From: Lingula anatina | Taxonomy: Eukaryota; Animalia; Brachiopoda | Length of the DNA stretch: 64,000 bases | Assembly (NCBI GenBank): GCA_051362555.1 | Contig: CM120646.1 | Coordinates: forward strand, 11,160,001 to 11,224,000 | Direction: 5' to 3' | Part shown: positions 37,226 through 49,200 of the stretch, one piece after another | How positions within the stretch are numbered: position 1 is the stretch's first letter | Layout: every line of letters starts with the position of its first letter | The notes under the pieces: model-generated | What the model was told of the DNA's origin: nothing | Seen by the model: only the letters and a program-made list of their open reading frames with translations | Database searches by the model: none | Position numbers and translations under genes: made by a program

Positions 37226-40200
37226 TATTGGCTCTAACAAGAAACACAATGCTGACATTACATCTGGCTCACCCTTGCAACAAAAATTTTAGCAAACAGT
37301 TTTCAAACACATTTTTTTTTCAACATTTCAGATTTGTTCTGTTATCAGCCACCGTTTCTCCTTGCTTTTTTAGACCAGTAGATGCTTAGACCCTGGTGAC
37401 CTTATTGGATAGTTGCTATAGGTTTAAATATTTTGGGCACAGGCTAGCTTAAACAAAAAACAATGGGATGATGACACTGGACACATGACATATTACAAGG
37501 ACACTTTCATGCTGGGCATCTTACTCCTCTCCAGCCTCAGTGGCTCCATCTATTGGAAGAATTTCATCATCCTCAGGCAATGGTTGTTTACATTCTCTGC
37601 GATAACAAATAAAGCAACACAATGTCAGGCATAACTAACTTATTTGGGAATGCACATTAACAAAGTTGATTTTACTGACACTACATTTATAATGACAGTG
37701 TCAAAGTTTTAGGAAATTTTAAAAGAAAAAAATTCTGGCAGTCTTCTGTTTGACAGCTTGATTTTTACTTCAATTTGGGAATAAGAATATTTTGCAATTT
37801 TATACTTGGATAGAAACTTATTCTTATCAATTTGCCCTAACAGTGGTTGCAAACTACAAATTACAAAAAAAAAAAACATTTGCAAACCACTTGACAAAAT
37901 TGTCACCATCTCAAAGTCAATTGTAGCAAATTAAAATTAAAGACTTGACTGTATCTCTTTATAAAATTTTGGAAAATTAAAAAAAAAAAAAAATACTGTT
38001 GACACTCCGTGGTTTGAATATAGCAAAAGGTTAGTCAGGCAGAGGTGATTTTCAAATTGTTAATCAAAATCGGGTTTGTTATTCGCAACAGTTTCTACTG
38101 CCCATAACCCCAGCAACAGGGTCAGTAAAACCAATGAAAATACATCTAATGATCAAAAACATTCTTAAACTGAAACTCAATTTATAATCATCTCTCTTAC
38201 TCCTCCAAGTTGTCTTCTCCATTATCATGGTCCTCTACCAGAATCTGGACATCATTGCCTTCGTCTCTATAGGAAACAATAGGGAACATTGCATTATTTC
38301 AAACAAATGATTGGTTTTTAAATGTCCTTTGTCTGTTTTTTTTTTAATAGTGGTAGTTGGTACCTTTTATAATAAAGGTACTTAAAAGTACTTCATCTGG
38401 TCTGTATCTGGGCATACGCTGTGGTAGATGCGACATTTAGACACATTTTGGTTATCTTCCGTGTAAATTGTGTCAACTAACTATATGTCAGGGTGTCCAT
38501 TGCAGTAGTTGTGATAGTTGGTCACAATTTTAGTTCTCTATTGTGTTAGGTGAGATGATTTCTCAACTATAGCAGTTGTAGATCCACAGCTGGCTGGGGC
38601 CCACCAATGCATTAGTTATGACAATACATGAATGAACAAGCAACTTAATGTGACAAATCAAACAAGACAATACTATTCTACAAACAGAGTGTTAAGCTCA
38701 GCAGCACCACTACCACCACCAAACAAATGTTCTTCTAGATTTAATTTAAAAAAATGATTTAAATGCTCATAACTGCAAAAAAGTAGCCAATCTAATTTCA
38801 AGTCAAGAGTAGCCATGCCCAAAAGCCACTTCATTTATAAAATTCAGCTTAGCTCAACAAAAGAGAACTAAAACTAATATATGGCATCTCAGTCATGGAG
38901 CAATATGAATAAGATTTTTTTCCTTGAGCCAGGGAGTCCTTTTGGAGCATGTTGTAGTCTTTAAAGAAAACTGCTCAGAGCTGCTGGTGCTTAGAATTAA
39001 AGAAGAGGCTGGAAGAAAGATAAGAGGTGGAGACGGAGAGAGCAGGTCAGAAGATGAAAGCTTGAGCATATCAATATGGAACACCTACCCAGTTCCTTTC
39101 TCCACATCGGCAGCCTTTTTATGTTTAGCTGGATCGGCAGGTGTTTTCTTGCCACAGAGCTGAGTGCACATGCACATGAGCACGCCACAATTGTTTATGA
39201 AGTAGCAAGAAACGTCAAGAATAATCAGGAGCACGAAAAAGATGGCAATCACTATGCCAATAATGGCGCCCGTTGAGAGGCCTTCTTTCTTTGAAGCACC
39301 AGTTTTTGCAGCTCCTAAAAGTAAAGAACACATCTGGGTTACAAACTGAAAGAAATAGAATTGTAATTTTCATAACAACTACTCACCCCTCATAGCTGAA
39401 GTAAGTCTCATCCGGGCTGGCTGTCAACATCTCCAACTCTTCACTCTGCCCTCTGTTAGAATTATTTCCTGCAATGTAGGCGTCCCTGCGCCTTTTGCGC
39501 ACGCACCGTGTCATGACGAGGTGCATGATGCCACAGCGGGCAGTGAAATAACAAGCTACATCTACAGCAGTCAGTACTATAATGACTACAATGACACCAA
39601 TAACAATGACAATCTCTGTTCTCAGTTCTATCTGCTCTGGAAACTGAATGGCAGCGTCCCACACTGGCCAAGATTTTGTTGTTATTTCCACAGTTTCTGC
39701 CTTTGCTGAAAAAATGAGCTTGCAAATTAGGGGATTGAAGGGTAAATACAATAATCATGGTAAAATGTCAAAAATATACATCTGTATGAAATGCAACTTT
39801 TGAAACAAATGTGGTGAATGTAACAGGTCAGAGAGTAACAATGTGCAGATATACAAGTTCTAACAAGAAAAACAAAGGTCACATATATAGGGTGACATAG
39901 AGAAGAGAGTAATATTAGAACATCTATTTGAAGGTATGTTGTAATGCCACTACGATAGTCTGATTTAATATGCAAAACTAGTAGAAATAAAGGTTGTATT
40001 ATATATACAAAATAGTTCCATATGCTATATAAATTATGACTAACTGCTGTTTATTTTGAGAACCATGAAGCATTTTGGTTTTGAACTAACTCTTATCCTT
40101 AAAAAATGACCAACAATTCAAATGTGGTATCATCAGCCAAGTGGATTCTTTTTTCAGAAGTAGTATCATCTTGGCAAGTGCCTCCCCCTTTCATTAAGGA

Positions 40201-43200
40201 GTATGTACTACTCACCCTTGGTACCTATTGGTATTGGTGTGGTGTAACTGGGAGTGCTTCCTAGTTGTTATAAAACAGTGCATGGAATACAGAAAAACGT
40301 GAAAAGTTGGCAAAAACACGATGGGACACAACAAAATTTACTTTTCAAGTCCATGATCAAATTTTTTATAATTTTAGCATTTCACAACCATTTGAAAAAT
40401 TTTTTTAAATGCTGCTGATATTTACAAGTTTTAAGTTTGAAAATTAGAATTTGAAGAAACTTTCAAAGTCTTATGGAAAAATACAAGGAAACATCAAATT
40501 TGCATAAAATATAAGTTTCAAAGTTTCTTATACAGAGATTAGTGGTGAACAATCTTAATAAACTGAAAAGACATCTGCCATCTGGGCAAGCTGGTGCAAC
40601 AGTCAACTTAAAAAATTCAGCAGCAACATTTCGTTAGCTTTCAATATATTAGTAAAATTCACTCAAGCTTGACATTATATAACTGCATGTTTGTGTGTTG
40701 GATGTATCAACTTGTAAGCACACCATGCTACTAACTTTCTTACAGCCACAGCATGCGTTCCGAGTCACGGAATCTTATCAATGGGGGCACATGCGTCATA
40801 GATTTTTGAAATAATAATGATAACGATCCCTGTTCATGCAAGCCTTGGCAAAGAACCTATCTTTAACCACTTGCTTTGTAAATACTTGTTCAAACATTTG
40901 AGATATAGGCTATGCAAATTCCTCTTTGAATGGTAACTAAAATGCAGAAGTTTTTAAGTTTTGTCAAGGTACCTTTACTCTCAAACAATCACTTAGATGT
41001 ACATATAAACTATACAAATAGTTTTCACCTGGAGCCTCGGAAATGCTTTAATCAAGTGTTGAAATTTTCTGTGTAATTTATTGCTTCTCCCTTTTTAAAC
41101 TGGTTAATTATGATGCATGTTGTTGTGGTTGACAGTCAGTCCTTTTTTCCTTTTCTTTTTTTCTAAAGCTTAGAGGATGAAATACATCGTCATGCACCTA
41201 ATAATGTGTGCAGGTCACACAGCGTCACTGTAGGACTACCAGACTATCATGGCTGGACTAGCTAAGGTCTCATTCGACTATATGTACATACACATGTATA
41301 TATATATATATATATACAGCAAGTATTCTATACTGTACTACTATAGAGTGACAATCTATCAGACTTTTCCAGGAGAGAGAAGAATGCACGGACCTTACAT
41401 GCCTCAAGATACCTAGGAGGTTTTTGTAAGGGAGAAGAAGAGGAGCTCAAACAGTCATGCTTTGGCAGTTGTGAAAGCTACTTTTTTAGCTGACAAAATG
41501 AAAACAGATTGAACAGAACAGAAGCAAGAGTAACCAGATAAGACTGATCTTGGCGTGGACTTGCATGAGTTAGTCCGCAGGCCAGAGTTTGTGATCTCTT
41601 TCATGACAGGGTGGCAATGGTGCCCTTAGTCCCTCACAAATCCAGACAGCTCAAGATTTCAACTTTCAAATTGTATAAATTCTACAAGCATTAAGAGAGG
41701 AAAAAGTTTTCTGGAGAATTTCTTAATGGGGAAGAGCTTTTCTTGAGAATTCCTCTATGGAATCATATTTTAACAATAGCTACACAAACCTTTATTATTA
41801 CCACTAAAAGGGACAGAATAACCAAAACAGTGGTAACTTGCTATCCAAACCAAAGGTAACTATGTCACCAAAAGTTCAATTACAGCTACAAGGAACAATT
41901 GCAATGTTCCTCTCATCAAGTTCCTCTTTCAATATAAGAAAGTATATCATATGCTGCCAATCGTGCCAGAAATCAGAGCTGTCTGTTAATTGTGAAGCTG
42001 GCTACTGAAATAACTCCTACGCCTGTCATACTCCATGCAGGCCAATGGGAACAATGGCGTCCCTACGCTCTCTCCATGCACTTGGCACTTACCTGTGCTC
42101 TGATTACCCAGGCTCAACGTAGTGTTCTCAGCAGCATAACTTAACGTGGTGTTGGGTTCTATAACAGGACACAGAAAACACTCAGTGAAGTGGAGAAGTA
42201 GTACAAAGTGACGAGAAGTGGGGAATGAGTAGGCCAAACCAAGATAAAAATGGATAATTTTGCCTCCTCCTTTCTGCTGTGTTATGTACTTGTTTCAAAC
42301 AAAATAACTTCATCTGTTACATGTTTTGTTGAGAACTAATACAAAGGAGAAGGGGTTTCTGACAAAAACTGACATTCCGATATGTTAGATAGAAAATTTT
42401 GGCTATGTAACATATAAACAGGAAAATTGCCAAACAAAATAGAACCTCTTTTCATCTTAAAAAAAAAAAAGGTTAGGAATTTACCATACGAGTTCTTAAA
42501 AACAGGAGGGGGAAATGGAATAAAATTAACCAAAATACCAAATGCAAGCAGAAATACAGGAAAATCTGGCCAAAATGTACTACTTGAAAGAGATAAAAAT
42601 GAAGATAAAAGGCAGTTTAGGAGAATAGTGAAGTTTAGATAACAATTAAAGCAATGGTAATGAAAATAAAGACAAAGACAAGCATCAAGTTTGTCCGAGC
42701 TGCTCTCGTTTCAGATCATGCAGCATAATATAATTCAAGAAATGTTTATAGCTTATATGCATGGGCATCCTTGAGATACATTTACAATTTCTTAATAAAA
42801 AAGTTCAATATTTTGTGGAACTCCTGAAAAAGAATGCTATGAATTTGGCACGGTTAAAAATGATTTTTGAGTATGGTTATATGAAATACACATATCTGGA
42901 AAATCAAACAAGTAAGAACATTGCCTTAATCTATTTCCTGAGTATATGAAATATATATCAAATATAATAATATCAGTACCATCAAATTGCACATATGATA
43001 TTATATAAACAAAAAACAAGATTCTTAACTGGATCAATAGCTAATACACTGTGAGTAAATACATGCATATAACAATGCTTTTACATATGTAATACCTTTA
43101 AGTAGGAAGAAATATTTTCATGCATAACATGATGGTAGGTTTTTGTTTAGTAAGAAGGCATAAGCAAAATGTTCAACCACAAGGGTGATGATCAGCTTGA

Positions 43201-46200
43201 AAACTTTTGTGATAGAGTAATTTGGCTTTTCAGGGCTTCACTTCATGTCAGTTTTCATTTCAGATTTTTAGTTGAACATTTTTCAAGTTTGAAAATATCA
43301 TTAGCCAAGATTATTACCGTAAATAATAGCTCAGCATTTTCTGCGAAAAGAAATAAAGGTTATTACTACCAAAAGAGCATTCTAAGCAGCTATTTGAAGC
43401 ATGTTATCACGGAATTATTTAGAACCTTTACAGATACTCATGCCCAAATCCAGCTTTTTTATTTTCAATGGTCGGCTACAGTTAAAGCTATCAACTGTCA
43501 TAATGTGCAAGCATGTCCAAATATTCATACCGTTTTATAAGATGCATGATTAATTTGTTCTCTCCAAATATATCTGCAGGTTCTGACTGACAAGTGTGAT
43601 TTTGTTTCAGGCTAAATGTACGCTGGCGAGTGTGAGGCTATGTAAATATTTCATTTTGTACTTCTATCATCTATGTGATAACTTCAGTCAGTAGTTTTGC
43701 TCTCTTCAACAAAATCACTTTATAGCCACACTTTCATTAATTGAAGGCTTTCACTGCAATAATGCTATCTGGTTATTAAATGTTAATAATGAAGCACTTT
43801 TACTTATGTTAACAGGTAATAAAATTATAATAATAATAATAATAATAATAATATTAATAATAATAATAAACAAATGAAGAAAAGCACCGAAAGTAGCTTT
43901 AGCCCATTGTAAACCCAAGTACAACAGAAATTACTAAACACAGAAATGTGATAGAATTATTTGAATTAAAAAAAAAAAAAGAAGAGAAATAAGCATCATA
44001 TTCAAAGTTTCACAATATACTAAAAAAGTTGTTTTCTTTCTTATTAAATGCTGAAACAAAAGTGCCAAGATGCAATCTAAACATGCTATCAACAAAGCAT
44101 AATAATTTTATTAAATATAATGAGCAAATGCTTAAAATAATTACTAAAAACTATTGTGTTCAAATAATAGAATATGATTGTGCACATAAAATTTAAAAGG
44201 TTTAAATCAATACATGCTAAAACATGATACCAAATTTGTGGTCAATCAAAAGTAAAAAGTAACAACCTTTTGTCCTTTTTCTTTTTGAAATTAAACAAAG
44301 AATCACTAAAACTATGGAAAACATAAACTGGAAACTTATCTAATTGTTAAACAAACCAAAAGAAAATTCAGCAAAATAATGATTTAGTCAACACTTGAAT
44401 TTCAGTTGGCAACATTTCATATGAAAACAGTTTGTTGACCTAACAATTCTTTTCTTTAGATAAACAACATCATTTTCGTGCATAATATGTAAGAGTATAG
44501 GCTATACATTTAGTAAGAAAATCCCACCGCTGCCACCAATGTTAAGTAAGCATAAAATGATTGGACTAGGCATATCAAAGCATGTCTCTGATACACGCCT
44601 TAACTGGGCCTATATATATATAAAAAGCTCTATTATCATCACAAGAAGGCAATACATTTATAGACAAATCAGAAAAAGAGACATGGTCTCATTTGTCTTA
44701 AAAATCTAATGCCAAATCACTAGTAAATTATCAACACAACAATTTTTTTTTTCACTCTAAAAAGATGCCTACTGGTACCATGGTCTCTTTTAATTCTTTG
44801 CCAAAATGTATCACCATCCCCAGTTCATAACTATAATAGTAACGGCAAAGTTAGTACAACTGAAGCTGGAAAACATGAGGAAATATTGCACTATACATAC
44901 GTTCTGTACCATCCGTGGGTTGGTAGGGGTCTACAAACATAAACACAAGCAATTTACCAACTAAGCTACAACAATTTTGACAAAATTCAAACAATTTTTT
45001 GGTTGCATTGCCCATTGTGTTTCTTTGAACAGTTTAAGAGTCTGAAATAATTAAAAGTTCTGACTTGGTGCTGTTTGTGGTTGGGATAAAGTCAAATGTC
45101 TTAAATGGGAATAATTTGATGCAGCAGTGACCCTATATAAAAGATGCACTTTTGTGCTGACATTGAAAAGTTGTTGACTATTGCTGTTCTGCTAGTGCTA
45201 GTCTTACACAATCTTATTTTAAAAAAAAGCTTTACTTCATGCAGAGTACTGAATTTCATGTAGGAACTTTGTGAAACTTTTATAATACAATATGTATAAT
45301 ACATGTACACTACCATTCACTTCATACTGTGGGGTACCGTTCTTGGACTACTGAATATATCTACCTTTTGTCTTACTGTCAGGATGAAATTTGTTCATTA
45401 CTTGAAATCACTGGGAGCCTTGTAATATTGTTTGTATTTTGTCAGCAATTACTGTATTTCACAACATTCACTTGACACATACCCATAAACAAGACAGAAT
45501 CATTTAACAAAGGGAGATCAAGATATTAGTATCTATAAATAATATCACACTTTTATTTTTTCATTCTTGTATGTTGAAAAATGAAAAATATCAAAAGCAT
45601 CACTTCATTAGTTTTTAAAACAGTGTCCCATGACGCATTTTCTACACTAATTGATATATTAATGCAGATAAAGCTAACAATTTAATTTTATTTAGGTGGT
45701 TACAACAAAATTTTTGTTGTTATGCATGTTATACATAAATTTGTTGTAGCCAACAAATGATTCAGAGAATTTTCCATGTAAAAATTACAATTTTTTCTTA
45801 CATTTTGGCAGTCAGTTTAAATGTCTAATCTACTAAGAAATATAATTCTGAACCTGAAATTCTAAAAATAATCATTTATTGTAATCGTAGAAACTCAAGT
45901 GAAAAAAAAAATGGCCCACTTTCTGCTAGATTTCATTTGACAGTATTATCATATGAATAATTTTACTGAAAAGTACCTTAACATGTTTTTATACCCAGGC
46001 AGGGTTCTTAATTTTGCATACCAAAGACAGCAAATATATCCTTTTTCCTTTGTTTGCTTTCAAATCTTGACAACAAATCTGTCTGCATGTGTAAGCAATG
46101 ACAATTGAAACCCATAACAACTTAACAGAATAGAAGAGAACCATTACCACATCAAATCTGATCCAATCTTGGTAATAATACTGACAATGCCTGGATTTCT

Positions 46201-49200
46201 AAGAATGGACAATCACATCAATGTACCAGGAATAGCTAAATAGACATTACACGACCATTTGGGAGATATATTGCTGCGCATTGTTGTAGCTGGGAGGCAC
46301 ACATTAGAATTGAGGACTTTAACAGCAACTTGTAATGAATGGTCTTGTTATGACTTCTCATTTGCTAACTGCCAATTGCTGCTTTTGGTCCACCACAAGA
46401 GTGCTTGAGAAAAAATCCAGGGAGGAATATGGAGAATTATTCTAAAAATATGAAAGACATTTATTACACCCATGTCTACCATTGACACACAATTTACCAC
46501 TTTTTTAGAAGAGTTCCACCTATTGCTTTTCTCGACAATAGACTAAACTAACCCACACTTAAACTTTGAATTGATTCTGTGCGTTCACTTCGGCTCCTCT
46601 CTAAACGTAATAAAAACCACATTGTAGCTGCAACCTCCCCTCAGATATACAATGTAAAACAAATTAAGGAAGGGTGCAGGGATTGCTCATGCTCCATGAC
46701 CAGTACCACGTCACAGTCTCTTACACTTAGTACGTAACACACTTCAAATATTTGAAAGATACATGCATTCACGGAGAAAGACATCAACCATGTGACTCCG
46801 TTGGTGTAGAGAATTCCAACTCTGCAATGCAAAACTGTCAACCTTTTCGAGTCAGTTAAGCATGACAAAACTGGCTTTACTCAATTAATAATAAAGAAAT
46901 ATGATGATAACAACAAACAAATGTAAAAAAGTGACATTTATTTTTGCTCACTGTATACATAAAATGCTTACAAATTTCACATCTGAACATCTAGTAAACA
47001 CAGAGTCACAAAACAAAATTATATTGTATACATATACCAGTACTTGGTTGAAATACTAAATGGAGTAAGCTTATGTCTAAAATTATGTCAATAATAGTAG
47101 ATCTTTACTGCACACATGCCTTTCTAAACTAAGACACCATAAAAATATTTAATTCTGGAAAAAAAATCAAAATCAGTTAAATGTGACAGAAGAAGCCTAT
47201 ACTGACAATGTTCTGTCCATGCTACTAATAGTCTAGACTTCCGAAATTACAGATATTCAAAAATTTGAGACCTCTTGGAAAAAATTTACAATTTCCAGAA
47301 CTGTAGCAGACTGCTTAAATCCACCCCAGACAAATCTTTGAAATGTACAGCATTCGGATGATGTCTTTTATTCTGATGGTGTCAAAACTAGAATTATATG
47401 AATCAATGATTGTGAAGAGCACTCATATATAAAAGGCGTATAAAAGTATACGTGCCAGACAATTCAAATGTGATTAAGATAAAATAAACAGGTTGAAAAT
47501 ATTTCATGACAATAAATGCCATATGAAAAGTAAGTTAATTATGCCTATGTGATAAAAGTGGGGAAAATAAACTAGTAGCGGATAACCTATCACTAATTTT
47601 TAAAAATAAACAAAATAGCCAATGGCTGTCAAATAAAAAAAATTACAAACATTTTGTTATTAACATTCATGTACAGACACATTTAAATATCAAATGCAAG
47701 TCAGAATCATACAACATTTCAACACAACTACACCCAAACTGATGATGTCATCAATAAAATAGTTACCATAGATACTATCTGACATCATCAGTATCTGTGC
47801 ATTAACTACAGTTACATCAGCACTCTTTGAGTGAATATAACAAATGAAACAGCATGCATGCTACTCTAGTTATATAATTACAATGAATGCAAAATGGTGT
47901 TAAATTATAAGGGTTTAATATAAAATTAAAAGTACTTGAAACATTTACAAAAGGTGACTTTTTACACAATTTACATTTAGACTAGCTCTATTTGGTTCAT
48001 TTGACCTAGATTTTTGTCTTTAATTGGTTGGCATTCTTCTAAATAGGAAGAAACAGAGAGCATAATCAACTTCATGACCGTCCATCTAGCATTCACTTAA
48101 AATTTTTGTCTATCCTACATGCTAGTCTAAACAATTTAGAGGTATATAATATAATTCACTTTCATAAGCATGTAAGAGTAAATCCATCAACACACAAACT
48201 TTAATACAACCGCTGACAAAAGAAAGCTTCAACCGTACCAACGTATATTCGTTGTCTAATAAATGAGAGTGGTCTAAAGTCGATCTACTACAATCATATG
48301 CATATGCTTATCATTAAGAACTTAAAATAGTCTGTATTAATTTAATTGATGAAATTAATATGAATATCTATGTTGATTATGTATCTGGTTTACTAGGACT
48401 GGAACAAGGGCATTTTTTTTTTTTGTTTTGTTTTGTTCTACTATCATAAAACAAATTCTTCCCTTGATTGTAGTTCTAGGTGATATGGTACAATATGAGG
48501 TAAAAGAAGCACTAAAGGACAAATATTTCCACTTCTGCACTAATCACTGGTTATGAGCACCCTCTACCAGGTTAATTTTTCACAAATATTCACAGGTATG
48601 TCTCTAGATAAATAGTCTTTTTGCTCTGTGGATTTTTCAGTTTTCCCTATATAATCTGCCACCCTTGTAGAGGGTGGGTTATGAGCATCATCTGGGACCA
48701 ATCACAATCTGAATGCTGGCATCAAATTTAAGTATTCCAATCTCTTAATTTTGGGAGTATTTGAAATACTCGTTTTTCATAATTCACATAATGGACGATA
48801 CATAAGATATAAAGGTAATTGCACCTACTATTATAATGGTACCAAATGCCAGGATTTGCAAACAACAAAGAATACATAGCCGTTGGGAACTTGGGACATG
48901 CGAACTTATGCCACATTTTTATAAAATGTGCAAGTCAATAGTCTCTTCATTTGAATACAACTACAATAAAAAAGCTAACTTCAATAAACTTTCACTTGAA
49001 TTACAGTTCAAACTGACATATATTTGTAGTTTAATTTTCCATTCATTACAGTGACACGCACGCTACCTTCAATTATACACCAAGTGAAAAGCAATCAACA
49101 TACACTTGCATCAACCTTTAGACATTTCATTTGGCATTTCAATTCATTAAATATCTGCAATCAGATCTCTTTCTGTGAAATTCCTTTTGATTATTTTTTT

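Noticed and set aside
47740-47783. Box C/D snoRNA (TGATGA ... CTGA)
   Set aside because: Too short, on the strand opposite the host transcript, and better explained as an inverted repeat.
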